DNA of 64,000 bases from Paraspadella gotoi (taxonomy: Eukaryota > Animalia > Chaetognatha), in the NCBI GenBank assembly GCA_051294375.1, contig CM119268.1:2660168-2724167 (forward strand), given 5' to 3'. The position numbers were made by a program, and so were the translations under genes. Under the pieces are notes generated by a model, which was not told the DNA's origin, ran no database searches, and saw nothing but the letters and a program-made list of their open reading frames with translations. Below are positions 53,658-64,000 of the stretch, one piece after another (the first letter of the stretch is position 1; each line of letters begins with the position of its first letter).

Positions 53658-53810
53658 TCTTCTCTCTCTCTCTTTCTCTCTCTCTGACTCTCTCTCTCTC
53701 CTTTCTCTTTGTTGATCCGTTTTGAAAATTGCCGCCGTTTTTTAACCGATAAGATCTAAAGTTCACGTGACCTCATTTCCTTAATGCGATTTCCCGATTG
53801 GTTGTGTTGC
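53380..53810 (-). promoter_or_regulatory. Putative promoter for a leftward (minus-strand) transcript
   Basis: Read on the minus strand: CCAATC box (53801-53796), GTCACGTGA E-box (53771-53763), then YY1-like AAAATGGCGCC (53400-53390). Motif evidence only. Confidence 0.35.
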
Positions 53811-53999
53811 TAAGATGACGGACCGACCAAAGGGGGGGAGAGAGAGAGGATGGTTAGTGAGGAGGGAGAAGAAAAGTTTGGAAGGTTAAAGTAAAGAAGA
53901 AAAAAGGGGAGATAGGAAATTTGAGTTGAGACAAAAAAGAAAATAGAAGAAAGAAATTAAAGTTAAGAGAAAGAAAGTAAAAGTCGTTGCTGATGGGAT

Positions 54000-54043
54000 T
54001 TAAAAACAAAGAACAAACTCTTAATGTGAAATCTTCATTTATT
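54000..54043 (-). terminator. Likely polyadenylation signal of the sulfotransferase gene
   Basis: AATAAA at 54043-54038 (minus), followed about 20 nt later by GT-rich gtttgttctttgttttt, about 260 nt after the stop. Other AATAAA hexamers lie nearer the stop (about 54232 and 54177). Confidence 0.5.
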
Positions 54044-54301
54044 GCACCACATTGACACAAGTAAGTAGAAACGACAAGTCAATTATGACAACCAAAAAAT
54101 ATTAAAACTAAATGAACACTACAATTTATCCACAAAGGTCTATCAGACCGATAAATAAACAATAATTAATAAAACTTTTATTATTTTGGTGTGCTTTAAC
54201 ACATTTTTATAAACTTGTTTTATCATTTTAATTTATTTTTGGTCTATCAGACACTCTACGAGTCTATTTCCCGCAACGACTTTTCGTCCTCTTCATTCTC
54301 T

Positions 54302-54514
54302 TCATTCTCCGTAGTCGAAAAAGTCAAGGAGCGGCGTCCCTTTCCACTTTTCCTCGATCTTAGCGTCGATGGCGTCGCTCATGGCGACCGTCAGATGGCG
54401 TCGCCAATCTCCGACCACGCCGCGTCGGTACATGGAGCCGCCGGGTTTCATCATCCCGCTATTGGCCGGGTCCTTGTCGGCTTTGACTTTCTCGAAGGCC
54501 GTCGCCTTGGCCAC
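54302..54514 (-). CDS. Cytosolic-type sulfotransferase (Sulfotransfer_1 family), exon 3 of 3
   Basis: Acceptor tttcctctcacctcag, phase 0. Encodes VAKATAFEKVK...MYRRGVVGDWRRHLTVAMSD...DYGE*, matching the RKGxxGDWKxxFT motif and a KxxxTVxxxE-like dimer motif. TGA at 54304-54302. Confidence 0.92.
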   Translation of the reverse strand: MAKATAFEKVKADKDPANSGMMKPGGSMYRRGVVGDWRRHLTVAMSDAIDAKIEEKWKGTPLLDFFDYGE

Positions 54515-54764
54515 CTGAGGTGAGAGGAAAGACTGACGGACGGAGGGAGAGAGAGACGGACGGACTGAGTGGGAGATGTACGGACATTCAGACCCAAAGG
54601 CAAAATAAAAGAAAAAAAAACAGAGAAAGGAATAATTTTGTGAGAAAGAAGCAACAACAAAGAAAGAAAGAAAAAAGACAGAAAGACAGAAAGAAACTCG
54701 AAAGAAACAAAGAAAGAAAAAATACCCAATAAATGAATGAATCAAATCAATCAAATCAATTTGC

Positions 54765-55050
54765 CTGTCTATAAAACTCCTCGTCGTAATCGAAGCCCAA
54801 AAATTCTCCCAGTTTCCTCATGATCCGCTCGGGCTTCTTCTTCAGCTGCTCGAACGTGAGGTGAATCACGTGATCTTTCCCGCGCAATTCACGGTGATAC
54901 TCGAGTTCGTAGTCAAAGTACGAACCGTTCTCCGCGTCGCTCGGCTCGTCCAGGTTGAGACGAAGAAAGTTTTCCAGACTGTCCTCGTAGAAATAAGATT
55001 TGATGTTGCGGCAGTGATGATAATAAGAGACAAGCATGTCCTTTGGGTTT
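54765..55050 (-). CDS. Cytosolic-type sulfotransferase, exon 2 of 3
   Basis: Acceptor tatgttccag; completes the split codon CG|A to give RNPKDMLVSYYHH (3'-phosphate-binding motif); also GSYFDY and FEQLKKKP...KLGEFLG. Ends at CAG|GCAAAT, a GC donor. Confidence 0.92.
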
Positions 55051-56173
55051 CTGGAACATATTTTTTTTTTTATTAATAAATTATTAATAACAAAAACAAA
55101 TAACAAAATAATATTAACAAAATTGTTAATATTGTGATGGCTCGCCTATACCTGGATATTGGGATTAAAGGGCGAATCCATTAAGGGTATAGGTTCCCAA
55201 CTGATGACCTTCCCATTGTAAACCATAAAAGATAAAAAAAATTCAAAAAGTAAATAATTAAAATAGGATAAGAAAAAATAAAATTTTCAATAAAGTATTT
55301 TTAAAATTATATTCATGATATAAGGTGCCCCTATAGACCTTTCCCCAGTATGTATCCCTATCAGAACATACAATTCTACATGGTAGTCTTATCCCTATTG
55401 GTAAAAAAAAAATCATATATAACGTTGTCCCCCTCAAAAAATTATCCATTCCCACCCCTTTCTGTTCAGCTCTTAGAATTATGATTTTTCATTAATGACT
55501 TTCTAACAGAAATGATGTGTGATATCTATTAGAAAACTAGGACAGATAGTAATCTAACCTTGTGTTGTATAGGATGCTCCCTCTATTTCCAGAAGACAAC
55601 ACTGACTCCCTTCCAAATTGAATTATTAGATAAATAAAAACATTTTTTTTAAAAATAAAAAAAGCAATATATGTTTGATTAAATAATATAGATTAAATAC
55701 TAAAATCCTTCATAAAAATATTAAAATATTAAAATAGAAAAAATAAAATAGTGAAACAAGTAATTTGCATTTTCATACAAAACAGCAACGGTATCAATAA
55801 AAACTAAGATGAAACTGTATCTGCCAAGTATTACTTTTTAAAAGTTATATTTTATTTTATTTTTTCTTATTAATAACAAAAAACAAATAGAAAAACCTTT
55901 TTTTTTCCTAATAAGACATCAAAGCTGTATAGAAATAGACACAACATGACAGCAACATTTTCATTTCTGTCTCAGAACCGCATTTAGGAAAATTTGAATA
56001 AAATTTTGATAAAATAAAATTCACTAAGCTAGCAATTTTATTTCATTATTGTCTCGATTTTAAAATTTCTAGATTTCTTAATTGTGTTGAAACTTTTTTA
56101 ATGACAAAAGTTTGAATAATACCCAATAATACTCGTTAAAGTCCTCAAATCGCTTTCCTCGTCGCTTATTCAC

Positions 56174-56721
56174 CGTGATATCCGAACGATCCTGCAATTT
56201 CCCTCGAAGATCCGTTTGGGCAAAAACCCGTAAGGAAGATGCGTCATAATGACCCTGGGAGACGCCATCTTGGAAAATCGCTCGACCGGCCGCGGATAAA
56301 CTTCCAAGAAGTTGACCTGCTTGTCCTCCGGATGCAGCCTGGCCTCACCCGACAGCAGCATGTGCAGCACCTCGTGGATGAAGTGATGCCCGCATTTTTG
56401 GTAAGAGACGACAAAGACGTCGTCTTTGCGCAGAGGTAAGTGGACGAGGGAATCGATGGCCGACGTGAAGGATTCCCGATCGAACCACCGGAAGGCGCAC
56501 ATCCTGACTCCGCGGACGACGAGCGGAGAGACGTGATGCAGTCCGTCGAGTCGCCGACCGTTGCCTCTTTGCAGCGCCGCGCAGACCAAGTTGCGGGCGC
56601 CGCGGAATCCGTCCTTGCTGTAACCGATGGCCAGAGCGAGGTGGAGATCCTTGACGATGCGGAGCACGCGTCGGAGGAGGGAGGCGAGATGGAGCACGAG
56701 GGAGAAAAGGAACCCCAACAT
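56174..56721 (-). CDS. Cytosolic-type sulfotransferase, exon 1 of 3 (spliced CDS 1047 nt, 348 aa)
   Basis: ATG at 56721-56719 in ccaaaaATG context; LRKDDVFVVSYQKCGHHF (PSB-loop position), FLE, PRVIMTHLP (catalytic His); donor CG|GTGAAT, phase 2. Exon lengths 548+286+213 keep the frame. Confidence 0.92.
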
Positions 56722-57030
56722 TTTTGGGCTTTTTTTAATTTCGATTTTTGTTGTTTAAATTCAAAATTTGACTGTGGAACGAAGTTGGTGTGCTTGAATG
56801 GAGAGANNNNNNNNNNNNNNNNNNNNNNNNNTATATTAAATTATGATGATGTAGATCTCCTCCTTTCTTTCATATTTGGCGGTAGTTCCATTCGACGGAG
56901 AAAGAAAAGGAATTTGTTTTTAAACGACTACTAAATCGCATAAGAAATTATGTTATATGAAGACATTCTTCCAAATATCTTAGATAATTGATATTTAATA
57001 AAAAGATATAAGATATTTAACTTATTGTCG

Positions 57031-58298
57031 AGTAGGTTTTCGATTTTTTTTAGGAACATCGGGTGAATACTACATCTTAAATCTCATTTGCATCTAGGGT
57101 TATATATATTATACAAGTCAATTTTAAATAAATATATCTCGTTGGAAAGGAGAGTAGCCGTGGGGCTCGATTGAAAAATCGTTTGCTTTCAACATGCATA
57201 CATAAATAAACCGATCTAAAAGATTAAATATATACTGTATATCACTTGTTTTCACATGTATATGATATTAACTTTCATGAAGGTAGACATTGAAACTTAA
57301 ATATCTTTTTTTAATTTTAATTTTCAATTTTTAAATTTATGTAAATTTAAGTTTTTGTTAAACGGTTTAATTTTTTGAAGTCGGCAATACGTGGCCTAGC
57401 GTAATGCATAAGTGAAGAGGTGAAGATCACAGTATGCGCCTTTGACGAAGTGTACATTGGTAAGTATTGTATGAATGTCATGGATAAGAATGTTTAGATG
57501 AAACGTTGATCGCCAAAAGTAAAATACGAATCCTACTTCCTCAGACTTCCTTTTTTCCCTTTCGTCGATTTTCAAATTCTATAAACTTCGTTCTAAACCT
57601 TGGATCCTTATTTATTTTATCAGATCCTTTCGTCCTTGGACCTCTGGCATCTCTTGTCCTTCTCTCTCTCTGCTCAATCTCATCTCTGCTCTCTCTCAGT
57701 TCTTCTCTCGTCTCGTGGCTTCTCTCCCTCAGAGAGAGAGAGAGAAAGGACAAAGGTGAGAGTCAAGGACGAAGACTGATAAAATAAATAAGGATCCAAG
57801 GTTTAGAACCGAAGTTTAGAATTTGAAATCGAGAAAAGGAAAAAAGGAAGTCTGAGGAAGTAGGATTCGTATTTACTTTTGGATCAACTTTTCTAACATT
57901 CTTACATGACATTCATACAATCTTACAATGTACACTTCGTCAAAGGCGATCGAGATCTTCACTCTTCACTTATGCATTAGAGGCCACGTATGCGCTCAAA
58001 ATTAACCTTTTTAAAAAAATTAAATTTAAAAATTTAAAAATTGAAAATTAAAATTAAAAAAGATATTAAGTTTCATGTCTACCTTCTGAAATTATATTAT
58101 ACATGTGAAAACGTGATAAGTATTATTTAATCTTTAGATCGGTTATTTATGATGTGAAAGCAAAACGATTTCATCGGCACGTACTTCTCCTTTCCAACGA
58201 AGATATATTATTAAAATTGACTTTATTAATATTTAACCCTAGATGCAAATGAGATTTAAGATTAATTCCCGATTTCCTAAAAAAAATCGAAACCTACT
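57031..58298. repeat. Fold-back inverted repeat with ~600-bp arms, axis near 57700
   Basis: cttggatccttatttattttatcag (57599) vs ctgataaaataaataaggatccaag (57776); cttaaatctcatttgcatctagggtt (57076) vs aaccctagatgcaaatgagatttaag (58235). The centre is a (CT)/(AG) tract. Confidence 0.93.
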
Positions 58299-59227
58299 AT
58301 CTCGGTAAAAAGTTACATATAATTGTGCAACTTTTAAAATTTTTACTACAAAATTCAATTTATTGAATCAACGAAATAAGTTAAATANNNNNNNNNNNNN
58401 NNNNNNNNNNNNNNNNNNNNNNNNNNNNNNNNNNNNNNNNNNNNNNNNNNNNNNNNNNNNNNNNNNNNNNNNNNNNNNNNNNNNNNNNNNNNNNNNNNNN
58501 NNNNNNNNNNNNNNNNNNNNNNNNNNNNNNNNNNNNNNNNNNNNNNNNNNNNNNNNNNNNNNNNNNNNNNNNNNNNNNNNNNNNNNNNNNNNNNNNNNNN
58601 NNNNNNNNNNNNNNNNNNNNNNNNNNNNNNNNNNNNNNNNNNNNNNNNNNNNNNNNNNNNNNNNNNNNNNNNNNNNNNNNNNNNNNNNNNNNNNNNNNNN
58701 NNNNNNNNNNNNNNNNNNNNNNNNNNNNNNNNNNNNNNNNNNNNNNNNNNNNNNNNNNNNNNNNNNNNNNNNNNNNNNNNNNNNNNNNNNNNNNNNNNNN
58801 NNNNNNNNNNNNNNNNNNNNNNNNNNNNNNNNNNNNNNNNNNNNNNNNNNNNNNNNNNNNNNNNNNNNNNNNNNNNNNNNNNNNNNNNNNNNNNNNNNNN
58901 NNNNNNNNNNNNNNNNNNNNNNNNNNNNNNNNNNNNNNNNNNNNNNNNNNNNNNNNNNNNNNNNNNNNNNNNNNNNNNNNNNNNNNNNNNNNNNNNNNNN
59001 NNNNNNNNNNNNNNNNNNNNNNNNNNNNNNNNNNNNNNNNNNNNNNNNNNNNNNNNNNNNNNNNNNNNNNNNNNNNNNNNNNNNNNNNNNNNNNNNNNNN
59101 NNNNNNNNNNNNNNNNNNNNNNNNNNNNNNNNNNNNNNNNNNNNNNNNNNNNNNNNNGATTCGAGTAAAGTTGATGACAAAGAAAAAAATGTCACAGGCA
59201 TTAACCACAAACGCTTCTTAATGTGTG

Positions 59228-59239
59228 AGAGATAGAGAT

Positions 59240-59270
<31 letters not shown>

Positions 59271-59282
59271 GATAGAGATAAA
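59228..59282. repeat. (AGAGAT)n microsatellite
   Basis: Directly visible. Confidence 0.85.
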
Positions 59283-59549
59283 GATAAAGAAAGAGAAAAG
59301 TGTCCCGATATCGAATTCGTTATAATCTTGGGGAATGCGACGGGTAATCAAGCGTCCGAGATGAGATGTCAACGGTTTGTTTATAGATCGTTAACTCTAA
59401 ATAGCTTCTTTGCGGCAGAGAAAATGGCAAAAATTGCAAAGAAGATGGTAAAAATTGCAACGAAGATGGCAATAACCTTACTAATTAGTTGAGTTGAGAG
59501 TCGAGATTATAAAAAAAAAAAGAACATCGTTTAGTCTCGCACGAAATAT

Positions 59550-59590
59550 CAACTCCTTCGAGATTCGAACCCGCGACTCTCCAGCTTCGA
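59550..59590 (-). mobile_element. Isolated tRNA/SINE-like B-box fragment (possible)
   Basis: Minus strand gtcgcGGGTTCGAATCTc at 59577-59560; no A box or cloverleaf found. Confidence 0.25.
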
Positions 59591-59768
59591 ATTTCTATCT
59601 TAATTAAATCTTAATCAAATCCCGACACAAGTTTGAAAGAATTTCTTTTCCTTTTTTTTCGCTTTGAAGATTAAAGAATTTTAATAATTTAAACTTTATT
59701 TTTTCTTCGCTTATAAATCGTAGGCGCAGCCTCCCCATCGTGCCGCTTCCGAATCGGCACGGATTCAA

Positions 59769-59892
59769 GTAACATCCAGATGCAGTGCTGTTGGTTTTGG
59801 TTACATCCGAAGCCGGCGCTGTTATCTTGAGTAACATCCTGACCCGGCTTAGATGATTCGGGTTACATCCGGCAACGGCGTTTTTGATCCCG
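59769..59892. repeat. Diverged 31-bp tandem repeat, 4 copies, conserved core GTWACATCC
   Basis: Core starts at exactly 59769, 59800, 59831 and 59862. Confidence 0.85.
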
Positions 59893-60458
59893 AATATAAA
59901 AATAAAAAAAATTTAATAAAAAAAATTCGAAAGTGAACAAATTAATTTGCATAAAGCCGTTTGGACAATTAACGTTACAATTTTTTGAACTGAGCATTAT
60001 GTTACGAGACGTAGTTATTAAAATGAGATATGAAAAGATATCGTCCGTTAAGCACAGAACAAATAGAAAATTACGATTTCTTACTGCAATTAAACAGTTG
60101 TCCATATACTATATATCAGAATGAACAGCGACCAACAAAATTATTTTTCTAAACATCTTATAATCATCGATTTTCATCAAATAGAACTAAAATCTTCCTT
60201 GATGGATGCCGTTTCGGTTTTTCTATTTAACAAGTGTGTTAATATCGTTTTTGTTGTCTCTCCTTCCCCAGTTAATTATTTAATCAGAAAATCGAGTGTC
60301 TCATTTTTATTCCCGTTTTCCTCCTCTTGACGTTGTTGATTGTTTTGTTGCTGTGGTTGCTGTTGCTGTTGGTTTTGTTATTGTCGTTGATTCGGTGGCA
60401 ATTCTCATTAGCGGAGAAACCGAATCCGAGTAACGAAACCCTGAGAAAATTCGATTTC

Positions 60459-60494
<36 letters not shown>

Positions 60495-60768
60495 TTGTTA
60501 TTGTTCTCTTTTCGAAGCCTAAACAAACATTACAACCGTTTCATTCCTGCTGGCGGCGGCTTTTCGTAGACTAAGTTTAGACTACGAATTAAAAAATCTA
60601 AATTTAAAAGTTTTATTTTACTTATTTAATTTCTAATAAAAATATACATTTAATCTTGTTCCTTGGATGAAAATCAAAGGATTTATGCGATGAATTACAT
60701 TCATTCGATGAGAATCACTTTCTACGGGAATTCATTTGGGACAATAAAGAGTCATTGTTTTCCAATTT

Positions 60769-60821
<53 letters not shown>

Positions 60822-63210
60822 TTTCTCTGGGGAGACACGGCGGAGAAGAGGTGAAATAGAGAAAGGAAAAAGAAGAGAAAAAAAAATTAAAAAAAACAAC
60901 TTTTTATCTCAGTTTTAAAAAAAAAGTTGCGGTAGGATAAGAAAAAAAGAATAGAAAAGAACCAGTAGAGAAGTTCCAAATAGAAAAGTCCAATAGAAAG
61001 GAACCCAGGGAGAATGAGAAGAAAAAAAAACACTTCATCTGATTCCACTTAAAGTTTAAAAAAAAAATGAAGAGAAACTTTTTTCTGGTGGGAGTTCTTT
61101 ACAAATTTTGTTTAAAACTAAAAAATCCCCACACACAAAGTCTGGNNNNNNNNNNNNNNNNNNNNNNNNNGAGAGTATACCTAATCATCTTGTCTGTAGC
61201 TGTTTAGACTGTAGGTTTGTAACGATGTTGGTGCGATGAGTAGTTCTGATGTCCGAGTTATGTTTCGTTCTTGTACGTTGAATTTCCGAGTACTCTGAGT
61301 TTTGGAGGAGATATCTAGTTCACTTAATATGGCAGAAATTTATAACTTTTCGAAATCTTCACCAAATAGTTTCGGATCTCTTTACTACTTTTTCGATATC
61401 TTCAATAATTATTTGATCTTGCAATTATTTCGATCTTTTCAACTTTTCTAAATCTTCCTCACTTTACAGATTCTTTCAACCTTAATAATTCCGATCTTTA
61501 CAAACATATTTTTCACTGTATCATACAACTTATATCGTTTCTGATTACACTATTTTACGAAATCTTACAACTTTACGACTTCCACAAGATTCCACTGGAG
61601 ATGCGTCGGGGTGTTCCAGGAGAGCATAAGTCCCGACGATGTCTCCATAGCTAGATGTAAGTCTGGAAACTCTATTCTAACACTGTCATTTTTCCATGCA
61701 TTGTTTGTAATTCTTCGAGATAGGAGTGGAATATGTATTGTTTTTAACAAAACAATTTTATTGATTTATTATTTCTTCATTTTCACTCATTCTGGAACAT
61801 TAAATATTTCGCACTACATAATTATTTCGGCACGTGCTACAGACCCACACGCGCGGCCGGCACGTATATCGCCGAGACGAGGCGTTGGGAGCACGTAGCG
61901 AGGACGCGCGGCGAGGAACGCGGTACCGCCTGTAGCGACCGCCGTGGACGCAATGCGCGGAAGCATTGGAGCTGGGGTGCAGTACCATTTTTTTCCGAGC
62001 AAGAAACAACCCTTTTTCGCGTCTCCAGCACTGAGTGCGCGGACAGCGTAAATTAGCTGTGTGTGAAGGTTGATTGCAGGTGGGGCTGTGTTGCTGTTGT
62101 GGGGAGCTCTTGCGACGTTTTGATGAATAGAAGATTTGACAAGCACGACGGCGACGATAAACCACGAGTCGAGCATGGGACGACCGAACATGTACACCGA
62201 CAAGAGAGACGTACCGCAATTATTTGTACGACGAACTGACCGACGAGCACGACAACGCGACTACAACCTGATCAGACGAGACGATCGAAGCGTACACGCA
62301 TAGAGAATTCGCGAATTTTCTTTTTCTCGTTCAGCTCTCTTTCAAGCCCATTCTAACACCAGTAGGAACCAAAAGTCTCAAGTCCAACTCCATCTCGAAG
62401 CCAGCCACAGTACGACTCTCCACTCTCAATTCATTCCGCGCGCTCAGCTCACCACGTCATACTACCCCTACAGATCTACTTCACACCTATCTTTCTTGCA
62501 TCTCATCCCACTCCACTCCAACTGCCCCACAAGCTATGACTTTTAGCCATCGTTCATCCACTAGCCGGCTCCGTCACTAACCGCTCCAGACTCTCCGCGA
62601 CGCTCCACATGCCTCGGGAGGCGGGAGTTAGCAAGAGATGCATAAAACAGTTCTCTGGGAGTTTTTTAACAAGACACTATACTCAAGCATGAGACAGGTT
62701 GTATTGGTGCAGGTTGTGATCATTGGCGATGCCGGGATACCGATCGAAAAACGAGAGGACTTTTCTTCTTCTCTCTCTTCTTCTTCACTTGGCTCTCACG
62801 TCATTATTTTTCCAAAACTTGCTTCCATTTGTTCTCTCAACTTGCACATTTTAGCAGCCCAGTTACGGGCTCGCTCTCTCTCTCCTCTCTCTCCTCTCCT
62901 TCAAAAAGATTCCACTTCCAAACCTCATATTTCACGGCGTAGACTTCTCTCAGAAATTCGCTCTCATTCGAACTGCTCAAGATTCAAGATTTTCGAACAT
63001 ACAAATAAACTATTAATTTTTTTTTTTTTTTTACTCAAATCACAGTCCACCTTGTTTTTGGGAAGGCGCAGGACAAATAGAAGAAATTTCGTGAAAGGAG
63101 GAGAGGAAGAGAGAGACGAGCGCACGCAGACGAGCAGAGAACGAGAGACGGGAGACGAGGCAGCAGAGGAGAGAGAGAGAGAGGAAGAGCAGAGAAAAAG
63201 ATGGAGAAGT

Positions 63211-63246
<36 letters not shown>

Positions 63247-63380
63247 TCTCTCTTTACTATCCCGGCACTCAATGATCACACCTGCCAATCACCTGCAGCT
63301 TGAGTTGTGTCTGTTAAAACTCCAGAGTTTTTGTTTTCTCCTCCCCCGAAATGTGGAGCGTGGAGGGGGAGCGGTGTGAA

Positions 63381-63518
63381 GGAGCGGAGTGGAGAGATGG
63401 AGTAGTTTGGGGCAGTGGAGTGGAGTGGAGGAGCGGAATGGAGAGATGGAGTAGTTTAGGGGAGTAGAGTGGAGGAGCGGAATGAAGAGATGGAGTAGTT
63501 TGGGGCAGTGGAGTGGAG
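63381..63518. repeat. G-rich tandem repeat, 3 copies of ~44-49 bp (ggagcggaatggagagatggagtagtttggggcagtggagt)
   Basis: Directly visible. Confidence 0.88.
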
Positions 63519-64000
63519 AGACTTTTGTTCAAAGGTTTCATGAGTGAAAGAAAATTCGAATTTTATGTGTGACGTCGTCGTCGNNNNNNNNNNNNNNNNN
63601 NNNNNNNNNNNNNNNNNNNNNNNNNNNNNNNNNNNNNNNNNNNNNNNNNNNNNNNNNNNNNNNNNNNNNNNNNNNNNNNNNNNNNNNNNNNNNNNNNNNN
63701 NNNNNNNNNNNNNNNNNNNNNNNNNNNNNNNNNNNNNNNNNNNNNNNNNNNNNNNNNNNNNNNNNNNNNNNNNNNATCAACCAAAACAGCAATTACGGCC
63801 GCCACAGCGGGAGACGAAAAGGTGTTTGGCTAAGCGGAAAGAAAGACGCCCCCCCTAACCTCCATCGCCACCGCCACCGCTACAGCTACCGCTTCCGCCA
63901 CCGCCCCCTACAGCCGCCAACGCCTCGAGCGAACTCCGCCCGCGCGTGGCGTCCAAATTATGTAGAGAATTTTAAGTTGAGATGAAAAATGAAAAAAAAA

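Noticed and set aside
60327-60569. Signal-peptide-like hydrophobic ORF
   Set aside because: Starts at TTG; its hydrophobicity comes from (GTT/GCT) and (GTC)n repeats.
691-63985. Hundreds of ORFs rich in SL, RE, FFLS, poly-D/T/V/S or X
   Set aside because: They are translations of microsatellites, low-complexity tracts or N gaps.

Overview
Draft-quality animal genomic DNA (probably a lophotrochozoan such as a mollusc, inferred only from protein style). It has AT-rich introns, dense (AG)n/(GAC)n/(AAAG)n microsatellites and many N gaps. Two protein-coding loci are well supported, both on the minus strand. (1) A complete 3-exon, 348-aa cytosolic-type sulfotransferase (54302-56721) with a GC-AG second intron, an atypical PAPS-binding loop (SYQKCGHHF) and a hydrophobic N-terminal extension. 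(2) Two phase-1 exons (9145-9306, 7000-7095) encoding a ROR-type receptor tyrosine kinase kringle domain; the rest of that gene is not recognisable here. Much of 6.5-58 kb is present twice: a direct repeat (6.5-14.9 kb) and three inverted duplications (26.4-36.2, 39.6-51.1, 57.0-58.3 kb). The copies differ by scattered indels typical of uncorrected long reads, and six gaps are exactly 25 N, so these are most likely gap-filling artefacts. Almost all ORFs in the supplied track are microsatellite or N read-through. I found no convincing new biological system. The best real leads are the divergent sulfotransferase, an exactly phased 31-bp repeat at 59.8 kb, and two promoter-like motif clusters.
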